Virus record (IMG/VR): IMGVR_UViG_3300030430_005159
Location: 1-55,082 of that record
Reading direction: 5' to 3' (one strand)
From: a virus
Taxonomy: Duplodnaviria; Caudoviricetes
Length of the DNA stretch: 55,082 nucleotides
How positions within the stretch are numbered: the first letter of the stretch is position 1; every line of letters begins with the position of its first letter. The notes under the pieces are model-generated. The model did not search any database. It was not told where the DNA came from and worked only from the letters and a program-made list of their open reading frames with translations. A program made the position numbers and the translations under genes. Positions 37,181 to 46,600 of this stretch are shown one piece after another.

Positions 37181-37351
37181 ATGATCAATAAACAAAACGC
37201 ATCACCTGAGCAGTTCTATACAGTCTTGCAAAAACTGAAAGAAGAAGGCGTAATCGGTGAAGAACCAGCCCCCGACGAACGTCAGGAGCGGTTGGATTAC
37301 ATCATCAAGCTCACGAACCTCTTCAGGCAACGAATCTACCACAAAGACTAA
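37181..37351 (+). CDS. 56-aa hypothetical protein on the opposite strand
   Basis: AGAGG RBS then MINKQNASPEQFYTVLQKLKEEGVIGEEPAPDERQERLDYIIKLTNLFRQRIYHKD*; fills the gap; stop overlaps the SSB stop. Confidence 0.55.
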   Translation: MINKQNASPEQFYTVLQKLKEEGVIGEEPAPDERQERLDYIIKLTNLFRQRIYHKD

Positions 37352-37764
37352 AACGGGATCTCTTCGTCTTTTCGTGAGTACGAGTTGTCGTTTCCGCTGA
37401 ATGACTTGTTTTGGGCCTGAACAATCGAGGAGTTGTCTGCTCGGCCACCCAAGAATCGCACGTTGTCCGCAACGATTTCAGTGGAAAACTTTTCGACACC
37501 GGCCTTGTCGGTGTATTTACGAGTCTGGATTCGACCCTCGACAAACAGTTCCTTGCCCTTCGAGCAGAACTTGGCCACGTTGTCAGCGGTGCGGCCCCAA
37601 ACAGTCACGTTGTGCCACTCGGTGTGATCGACCCATCCATCGCCTTCTTTGCGTCGATCGCTGGTTGCCATGCGCAGGTTGACGACTGAGATGCCGTTGC
37701 CGGTTGTGCGAAGCTCTGGATCTGCTCCAAGTCGGCCCACAAGAATTGCTTTATTCACGCTCAT
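37348..37764 (-). CDS. ssb: Single-stranded DNA-binding protein
   Basis: MSVNKAILVGRLGADPELR...TEWHNV...VEGRIQTR, acidic tail DEEIPF. Confidence 0.97.
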   Translation of the reverse strand: MSVNKAILVGRLGADPELRTTGNGISVVNLRMATSDRRKEGDGWVDHTEWHNVTVWGRTADNVAKFCSKGKELFVEGRIQTRKYTDKAGVEKFSTEIVADNVRFLGGRADNSSIVQAQNKSFSGNDNSYSRKDEEIPF

Positions 37765-38177
37765 TTTTTCTTCTTCCTTTCATAGATATTGTACCCGGCG
37801 GCCAAGGCGGCATTGTGTTCGTCTTTGGACATGTCCGGGTCTTTTTTGTATTCACTGCGCATGTGTTTCGCCAGAAACTTGTTCAACTTCGGATCGCCCT
37901 TTTCTTTGCTTTTCTTGCCCTTCTTCACCTTCGTTGCGACGTAGGTCGGCTTTCCTCCAACGCCCTGCGGCTTTGCTCGCTTGCGACGAACTGCGCTATC
38001 AATTTCCTTTGCAGTCATCTTCTTGGCTTTCGCGCGAGGCACGCATTTCGGATACCCCCGCTTGGATTTTTTCGCAGATTTCCGGCCACACTTTTGAAAC
38101 TTACCGTTCTTCTTGGGGGCCCCGATATCGACCCAATCCTCGTCCTTGAACCATTTTCCCAATCCACCTCTAGCCAT
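37761..38177 (-). CDS. Basic conserved viral protein (WFKDEDWVD...CGR...YPKCVP)
   Basis: Start MARGGLGKWF at 38177; very Lys-rich; motif recalled from uncharacterised viral proteins. Confidence 0.7.
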   Translation of the reverse strand: MARGGLGKWFKDEDWVDIGAPKKNGKFQKCGRKSAKKSKRGYPKCVPRAKAKKMTAKEIDSAVRRKRAKPQGVGGKPTYVATKVKKGKKSKEKGDPKLNKFLAKHMRSEYKKDPDMSKDEHNAALAAGYNIYERKKKK

Positions 38178-38179
38178 GA

Positions 38180-38704
38180 CTACCCCATCCGATACCCGCC
38201 ACCGCGCTTCTTGTAAGTTCGAACAAGCCATGCGTTGGCGTATGCACTTGGGTAAACATCAAACTTGCGCTTTGCTTCTGCTTTCACGCGAGCGTACAAC
38301 GCTTTGTTTGTAGGGATTGGCTTCTTTTTCTTCTTCTTTTTCTTTTTGGGATTGCCGGTTTCATACATCATGTCGGGGCCGGCAAGAGCCACAACCAACG
38401 TGTCGATGACCTGCTCGTGCTTTTCCATTGGAGACGGCCGATCGTCCATCATTTGCTCGATCTCGCGTTTCAACGAGTCTGAAATGAACCCATCGATCAC
38501 AAGCTCACGAAATTCCTCAGGGAAACAAGACAAGGTTTTCTTGATCTGCTGATTGAGTTCGTACGACTCAAGAGGGCCGGGATTCTTCTTGAACATGGCC
38601 ATCGCCCGCAGCCCATCGAGCATGTCCAACTCGGACTCGTGCTCCTCTTCATGGTGATGGTCCATGAAGTCGTCTTTCGACATGGCGTGATCGTAAAAAA
38701 ACAT
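38180..38704 (-). CDS. Acidic N-terminus, poly-Lys linker and conserved PSAYA..W.V..YK..GG.Y domain (DUF5872-like)
   Basis: Start MFFYDH at 38704 (TGATG overlap); K8 run; family name from recollection. Confidence 0.65.
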   Translation of the reverse strand: MFFYDHAMSKDDFMDHHHEEEHESELDMLDGLRAMAMFKKNPGPLESYELNQQIKKTLSCFPEEFRELVIDGFISDSLKREIEQMMDDRPSPMEKHEQVIDTLVVALAGPDMMYETGNPKKKKKKKKKPIPTNKALYARVKAEAKRKFDVYPSAYANAWLVRTYKKRGGGYRMG

Positions 38705-39117
38705 CAGTTCACTCTCCCGGCCCAAACCTTGCACACCCGCATGGACGCACACTTGAAGTCTAAGGCCTGACAATATCCGAGTTCACCGGCCTCAACCGCC
38801 AACTCAGGGTCACCTTCATCACCGATTCCTTCGGCAATGCATTGCAAAATTTGCGGGGATCGATCGAAAAACGAGCAGTTCCCGCAGCGCATCTGCATGA
38901 CGTTTTCAATCGTGTCATTGAACATGTCAGCATATTGCTGCCAAAACGCCTGATTGCCGCCGGTCTCATCCAACTGAGGATTGGCCGGACCATACATCTT
39001 GGTATCAATCGCTTTTTGGCGATTCTCAAGGTTCAACTCCAGATCTTTCGTCGCACGAGGACACCCGTTTGGCTGGCCAAACTCTCTCATGCTTCTCATC
39101 AACATTCCGTCGTGCAT
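38704..39117 (-). CDS. Cys-rich protein with HiPIP-like CxxC...C...C..W pattern
   Basis: Start MHDGML at 39117 (TGATG overlap); CGNCSFF...LGYC....FKCAS.RVC..W. Confidence 0.65.
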   Translation of the reverse strand: MHDGMLMRSMREFGQPNGCPRATKDLELNLENRQKAIDTKMYGPANPQLDETGGNQAFWQQYADMFNDTIENVMQMRCGNCSFFDRSPQILQCIAEGIGDEGDPELAVEAGELGYCQALDFKCASMRVCKVWAGRVN

Positions 39118-39416
39118 CAGCCCTTCACCTTCGATCCTGCTCGCCACTGAAAGCAGGACCAATACTTAGCGGTCAGTTTGTTTTTTGCAGCAGGCTTGTC
39201 GCATCCATGACGTGACCTAAAGTTTTTTCGAGCCTTGGGATTATCACGTCGAATGGCCATATTGGCATCACCGAAGCGAATCACCTTCTTCTTGCCACCG
39301 GAGCTAGCGACCACGACAAACTTCTTCTTGCCGTAACCGGGCTCACCCTTACGGATTCGTCGGGGCTTGTTTGTTTTCATGCCCCCCTTGAGAAGTTGTT
39401 CGGCAGATTGGCCCAC
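39117..39416 (-). CDS. Small basic viral protein (FG....R..F..RH.C...YWS; DUF5754-like)
   Basis: KKFVV...KVIRFGD...ARKNFRSRHGC...AKYWSC; family name from recollection. Confidence 0.7.
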   Translation of the reverse strand: MGQSAEQLLKGGMKTNKPRRIRKGEPGYGKKKFVVVASSGGKKKVIRFGDANMAIRRDNPKARKNFRSRHGCDKPAAKNKLTAKYWSCFQWRAGSKVKG

Positions 39417-39419
39417 GGA

Positions 39420-39770
39420 TCAGTCGTCCTTCATCTTCTTCGCGATCGATTTCACTCGGCCAGACTGCTTTTTATGCATCGCCGAAGCTCCCGTGAGTTG
39501 TTGCGAAATCTCCTCCAAGTCCTCCTTGGGGCCGCCATGCTCGAATTGATGCATGCCTTTTTCCCGACGACCCATGAACATTTGCAGTGCCTTGAGTGCG
39601 CTGGCGCGTTGATCGGACGTGACGGGTTTGGGGTCTCCAAGCTCATCGGCAACGTTTTGAGCGAGACCCTTTTCTTGCATTCGGGGGTTTCGGTATCGTT
39701 TGGACAAAATGGTTTTGCCCTGTTCAAGGGCGCCCATCAATCGCTTCTTGTCAGCGTCTCGGTTTTGCAT
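39420..39770 (-). CDS. Hypothetical protein
   Basis: 116 aa in operon; AAGGA RBS. Confidence 0.6.
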   Translation of the reverse strand: MQNRDADKKRLMGALEQGKTILSKRYRNPRMQEKGLAQNVADELGDPKPVTSDQRASALKALQMFMGRREKGMHQFEHGGPKEDLEEISQQLTGASAMHKKQSGRVKSIAKKMKDD

Positions 39771-39781
39771 GAGGAAAGTCC

Positions 39782-40624
39782 TTATTCAGCAGGGGGTTGT
39801 TCTTCTACGAGGCCGGTGCCCGCACGATCAGAGGTGTTCATGCCCTTCATCAAGGATTCACGCTCCTCATTCGCTCGGACCTGCTCCAGATACTCAAGGT
39901 ACTCCAGCCTGCCAAGCTTTTGCATGTCCATGGTGTCGACTGCGGGAGTGCCATCGCCACTGGTTTTCATGCCGTATGAGATCTCGTTGCGAAACGCTTC
40001 TGCCCTTTCGGATGCATTTTCCAACTCAACAGAGTTGGGACGGATCATGTTTTCTTCGGCTTCTGTGTTTGCTTGTCGAAAGCCGACATCGTACGCTGGA
40101 TTTGCGCGAACTTGACTAAGAAAATCAGACCGTAGACGCGGAGAGGGTGGAGGTGGAAGTTGATTACGACGGACCTCATCCCTCATTCGATTGTATCCAA
40201 GATCTTCAGCGATCTCGTTCATAGAAGGACCGGAAAATCCTTCGACCATCGCCCGCTTCTTCATACGGTCAAAGTAAGTGTCTGAAGGCATCGTGTTTGC
40301 TAGATCCAGCGCATCGCCCATTGGAGAACGCTCCATCAAGGGAGGTGCTGGACGAGTGGCAGGTCGCGCGTCCGAGGAGGCAGACGGAGGCGGAGGAGGT
40401 TCCCGATCCGACTCGACCTCGATCAACGACATTCCAAAAATGTTCCGAAGTGTTTCATTAATCAAATCGACGTTTGCGCCCTCAGATAGAGTCTGAGACA
40501 GGTATTCTAACTCTCGCTGATCCTCGGGGCTCAAGCTTTGTTTGTCCGAAAGCTGCACGTACCTTCCCATCATCAAAGCCTGACTGGGGTCGATTCTGTC
40601 TCGGTTATTTTTATGACTGGGCAT
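39782..40624 (-). CDS. Hypothetical Met/Pro-rich protein
   Basis: 280 aa; GAGG RBS; contiguous with neighbours. Confidence 0.6.
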   Translation of the reverse strand: MPSHKNNRDRIDPSQALMMGRYVQLSDKQSLSPEDQRELEYLSQTLSEGANVDLINETLRNIFGMSLIEVESDREPPPPPSASSDARPATRPAPPLMERSPMGDALDLANTMPSDTYFDRMKKRAMVEGFSGPSMNEIAEDLGYNRMRDEVRRNQLPPPPSPRLRSDFLSQVRANPAYDVGFRQANTEAEENMIRPNSVELENASERAEAFRNEISYGMKTSGDGTPAVDTMDMQKLGRLEYLEYLEQVRANEERESLMKGMNTSDRAGTGLVEEQPPAE

Positions 40625-40632
40625 GAATACCT

Positions 40633-43600
40633 CTACAGCAACTCTACGTCGCCAATAAGCTCTTTGAACAGCAGGAACGATATCAATCCTGCTTCATTGA
40701 GATCTTGTACATTACTCATATCACTTTTCAGCCTAATTTTCTCTGAACTGTTGAGTTGCACAGACTGCAATGGATGGCCGAACAGTTTTGCTTTGTTGAA
40801 GATGTATCGATTCATCGGTCCGTTTTTGCCGATGAGATCCACCACTGCGGTGCCATCAGTGTTTGTTTTTTCGAATCGTTGTCGCTGCTCTTCTTCCTGC
40901 AAAGCCCGGATCGTCTCGTCTGAAATGATTTTCGGACCGCGAGACCCCTTGATCGTAAATGCTCGTGTCTCATCCAAATCGAAGATTGGGTAGAAGCTCG
41001 TGTCATAGAAGAAGTCATCTCCGCGAGCGCCACGCTCCTGTTCCAGCGCCATGAGGCGGCCCTCAGCCTCTTTGAACTTGGCTCCGGTGTCGTCGTACCA
41101 TTCACGCAATGCCATGCCTTGTGAGCCCTCCTGATCATCTCTGGGAAGCTCTCGATATTCGGCCTCGATCATCAGCATCAGTTCCAACAACTCGTCAGCC
41201 AACTGCTTGCGGTCTCGGTACGTGGATCGGAAGTCTTCGATTTCAGACAGGTCCAAAGACATCACCTGCTTCATCGGCTCGTTTGGATCACCGATCTCGG
41301 GTGACTCAGATGGGATTCGTTCTGCCGGCAGTGTCGAGAATCGTCCTGAGGCAAACATTTCTTTCGGGTTGACGAACATGCTGAACACCTCGATGTCGTC
41401 AATCTCGGAGGTCATGTCTGGGTTGGGGTTGCCCTCTTCCTCTTGTCGCTGAGAGCGCACGGCGGCAGCAGCGGGGATTGTTGCGCCTACTCCGATGCCC
41501 TTGAGAATGTTTCCGCTTGGGTCAAACGTTCCTACGTTGCCGGTAGCTGACTTGATTTGCTCCGGCTTGAAGGCCATGTAGTGGTAGGTGCCGGGGGTGA
41601 CGCCTTCCATTCCCAGTTTTTGAAAGCCTGTGGATCCATCTCTGGGGCCAAAAAAATGGTACGCATCGGCAATGATACCGTCGAAACCCATTTGCTCGAA
41701 GACTTGTCGGATAAACTCCGAGGTACCATCCTCGCCCATCTCCGTTTCAAAATAATAGTTACCGTCTTTTACCTCTTTGAAGATATCAAAGGCATCTACC
41801 TCTTGTTCGGTTCTACCTATTCGGGAACTTGCGCTTAGCTCTTCTATAATAAAGGTCTTGAGATTTTGAACGTTGGCTGGTGCTGTGTCGAAGTTGCCCG
41901 CAACATCATCGATGGTCTCAAGCAGGTCAATTACTGAGCCGCTTTCATCCACGATGTTACCGACCTCGTCGAACTCAACATCATAATCAAAAGTCGTCCT
42001 GCCTTTGGTTCCCGATGGATCCAAGTAGACAGGGTTTTCGATTTTGACATACGTCTTCATTACACTGAAGGCTTCGTCTCCAAGAACCCTCTGTCGAGCA
42101 ATTTGTTCGATTAAGTCGGGCTCAAGTTCGTCTTTGAGTTTCTCTACATCTCCGGTCTTAATCGCCTCCAGCAATTCGGTATCCGTCGACTCAGTTCGAT
42201 CCATATATCGCTGGGCTGCATTCAAGATGTCATCGTCATCAGCATCGTCAAGACTGTAGATTCTATCAATCTCTTGATCCACCCTGTTTTGAATGTCAGG
42301 GCCTTCGGCGCGAGCATAATTTACGTTTACATCATCAACATTGTCACTTGTGTAAATGGCCGAACCAAACGCGCTCTCGGGGGAACCCGCACGGAACTCA
42401 TCGAAATCGCCGGACGTTCCATGGAACACCGGCAGGGGCTTACCATCGTCATCCACTACCTTGGAGTCACCAAAAAATCGCTTGAACTCTGGCGTGTCGG
42501 TCTGGGCGGCGGCGGAGGCGGGGGTGTCCGCTAGGTTTGGGCGATATGTCTTACCCACAGGAAGGTAGTTTGGATCATAGTCGTCGCTATCTGGAACGTG
42601 CCACGCTGCATCTGGAGTGACTGATTTACCACCAGCAGCCCTCTCGTCCGGCAATAGCCTCACATTCGACGCAGGATCGACCAAGCTCTGCATCATTTCG
42701 GGCGTGATGTCTCTGCCTCTATCAATCACACCCCTACCAAATACGTGAACAGGTACTGGTACATCGGGCTGAATGGAATCAAGCGCAGTCATACGAGCGC
42801 GACCCTCATGCTGGACGACCCGAAAGCTACCAGCATCGTCTCCCTCTTCGACCAACCCAACCTTAAGGAAGGGGGGGCCGATCGGTTTACCATCCTCAAT
42901 CGCCTCAGTGACTGCTTTGACCGTATCAGCAGCACGCTCAGTCGGGCGAACCGGATTGAGCCCGAGAAAATCTCGTGGCTTCATCCACGCAACGAAGCCC
43001 ATGTATGCAACGTTGGTGTTGTTTGGAACGGCACCCATGCCATCTTTAGAGTCAAATACAACCTTGCCAGCCGTTTGCCGGCCCTCATAAGCTGAGGTTT
43101 CTGTCGGAACCTCCAAGTCGGAAACACGAGCACCCTTGGCGGCTTCGTCGGCCTTACCCAACTGCTGAATCGGCTTCTCCATACGGGAGATAAACTCAGT
43201 GCCCGGTCGCGCCGAAAGCTCATCAAGCGGAGAGTCAAGCAACTTTTCCGTTTGCAGAAGCAACTCAGACAGTGCGTTCTGGTCTTTCTTCGAGATGCCC
43301 AACAGTTCGGCGACCTTCTCAACAAACGTAGTCCAAGCAGACTTGGTGCCGACCTTGACGGTCATCAAGTATTCTTGAAACGGCCTGTTCGTCAGCCCAT
43401 AAGCAACGAACTCCTTTTGATCCTGTGTCGCCCTGACCAGCAGTTGTCTCAAATCAGGATCAATCTCGTCCGAGTTAATTTGTTGCCGAGCCACCTCCAC
43501 GACATTGTTGCGAAGATCAATAATTGCACTGGAGGCTTCCTCCAGTTTCGTGCCCTTGTTGGCCACCAAATTGCCATCGCGCAGCCTTCGAACTGTTGCG

Positions 43601-46600
43601 GCATGCACCAACTCATGGAGCGCTACCTCCGCAGTGGCACCGGATTGATCCACGACCCCCCGAATGAACACATCGTTGAAAGCTTCACCTTCGGATGACC
43701 AGTTCAGACCCTGAGTGACCGACCGGAGACGACTTTCGTGTGCAGTCATCAAAGCCAGCGAGTTGAACACGCTGACATCTAAGTCGCCCTTTTTGGCTGA
43801 CTCCACTACAAATTCAGGAAAATCTTCTGCTTTGCCGGTGAGAACGTGTACATCCGTGTCCTCCAAGTGCGGCATGATTCGCTTCGCGATGGTTTTGTAT
43901 GTGGGATTGTCTGCATTTTTCGCAATGAACTCGGCCAACTCCGTGCCCGACTTGATCTTACGCATGGCGTCAATCGCGCCCTCGACAGTCAAGTCACCCA
44001 AGCCAACGTCTACTTTATCGCCCCTCTCAGGGACGCCCTCTATTGGCTTGAGTCTAGATTTCGCTACTCCCACCAAGTCGGAACCCTCAACCACCTTGTT
44101 GAGTCGGGAGCCCCGGTAAAGGGCCATGCCGCCCAGCCCAATCGCTCCCAGAGCGGCAGCCGCTGAAAGCTCCTCTTCCTCCGCTGCGGCGGCTCCTACG
44201 GCGATTCCGGGCAATGCAACGCTGTACAGCTTCTGGGGCTTGATGACCCGGTCTTTGACTTTGTCGGTGAGTTCGAAGAAGGGGACTTCGATGGCATCTC
44301 CCTTTCGAACGAGTCGATCAAGCGTCGTCTGCATTACCTGAGTGCGAGGAGGCCCCCCCGGAGTTCGGGGTACTCCGACTTTCGAAAATCCGACATCTCT
44401 CAACTCAATATATGTCGTCCCTTGCTTCGCCTTCGTCTCTCTCTTGGCGATGCTGGGGATGAGCTTGTCGTAGTAGTATTGGTTGCCGCCAAACACTGTT
44501 TCAGCTTGTTCTGCGCCGCGCGCTACTTCCCCGCCTTGTTTTTTCAGTTCTGCAAGACGCTTCAAAAACGCTTCGGGGTTGCCCATCACATCGAGCGCCT
44601 CATTTTCCGGCAAAGTCACCAAAGGCGTGATCATGTCCGAACGGCTAAACGCTACGCCGTCATAGCCCCCCTCCGCCGCCTCGCGGAAGATGCGCTTGAT
44701 TGAGAGGGCTGTCCAATCCTTGGTGTCTTTGAATGGGGCGTCGGGGACAGGTGGACCCCCGCTCGTCATAATGTTCCACCGTTCCCTAAACGTGTCGAAA
44801 CCGCCGACACCAAATTGAGCGTAAAACGTGGGCGGCGAAAGGAAACTACGATTGAATTGCTTGTCCGGGTCATTCCGCTTGATGGCTTCAGCGAAGTTCT
44901 TTTCAGCCTCGCGCTGCTCTTTAGCCGAAGCTTTTACTTTTGCCTCTAAGGCAGTCATTTTTTCGAAACTAAGGTTACCTTCGCCGAGTGATTCCGAGTA
45001 ACGTTTTTGTGCGGCTTGCGCCTCACGTTGGGCCTCCATGCGACGATTGAAGGCTGACTCAAGATCGTCAGGAAGTTTTTTAGGCTTACTTTCATAGCCC
45101 GAGTTTCGACCCTTCTGATGCCAGTCAGACTGGATCTCCTCAACAAACAAGATCCTGCGGCCCTTGCTGTCGACACGGTCCTTCGTGCGGATGTGGACCA
45201 TGACGTTGGGAATTTTTCTGTGGTGAGATTCGGTGAAGTCATCTTTGACACCCATCGAAGCTCGTTTCTCTGGGTTCTCTCTAAGGTAAGCTTCGATTCT
45301 ATTTTTTTGGTAATCTTTATTGCGCTCAAAGAATGGAACAAATTCGTCGCTATAGTCATTCTGCTTGTACCAATCTAAAAACTCGTCGGTCACCTTGATA
45401 TTGGTAGGAACCGTCAGCAGAATCTCTTGGTAGTCCTCGCCGCCGGGGACAGTGTAATATTCCCACTGGGGTTTTGAACCCGGTCCTGAAAACTCGTCTT
45501 CCTTGACGCGCTTGATATCGTAAAGTTCCCTGAGACGCTTCGTCTTGGGCAGCGACTCAAACTCCTGAAGCGCAGCGAGTCGAGTCACGGCCTCTGGCAT
45601 GCTGTTCAAGATGTTGGCAGACTTTTTAATGTCTTCGTGCTGCTCTAAAAATTTACCTATGGGTGCGTCAGGATGTGTACGAGCGGTCATTGACTCGTCT
45701 AGTTTGGTGTACTCTTGGTCAACCATCCGCGCATACTCAGGATCAGCCAGCTTCGCGTTGACCGCATCGCGCGCCTTTATGATCAGCGCGGCCTCCTCAA
45801 GCGTCCACGTATACGGACTCCTACCCGAATCGATTAAATCGGTGATTTCATCAAAAAATGGCTTGATATCCGGTGGGATATTGTCGAAATCCTCCAACTT
45901 ATTGATGTCAACAATGTAGTCCGTGTATTCCCCACGAAAGAAAGTGGGAGAGTTGCGAAGGCGGTCCACTGAGTCGAGCACATTGTTTGGTGTCAGCTTG
46001 CTCGCAACAGCGGTTGCCTCATCCCTGATGTCATCGAAAGCAGCTTGGTATTCAACGCGCAAATCTTTCAACTCTTTTGGAGGCTCTTTTGGCGACGTAC
46101 TCAGCCGAACCTCTTCGATCTGGACCTTGTTTTCATCCAGATGTTTGATCAACTCGTCTTTGGTGACGCTTTTTTTGCCCGCCGCTTTCGCGTTTTCAAT
46201 AAACTCAGGAATCTTTGTGTCGACGATCTCTGATTTTTTGGCGCCCTTGCCACTCAAAAACTTCTCAACGTCGTCCACCCCCAGCTTGTTCGGCACTTTT
46301 TGCGTTACAACCTTTTCGATTTCGGACTCAAATACTGGATTTTTCAACTCAGGATCAATTCGAAGTGACTGCTGATACTCTTTGATCTGAGTTTTCACGA
46401 AAAAGGGAACATTCAACGCCTGAAAAACAGCCGAATTTGCAGATTGTTCTGCGGCATCGGCCACCGCATCGATCAGACCTTGCTCGTCTATTTTCTTTTG
46501 ATTCTTTTCAATTCGTCGACGTGTTTGCTCTTTTTGCTCCGATAAGAATTCCTCGATTTGTTTTTTTGCAGAGGGCTCAATTGTTTTCAAATCGATGTCT

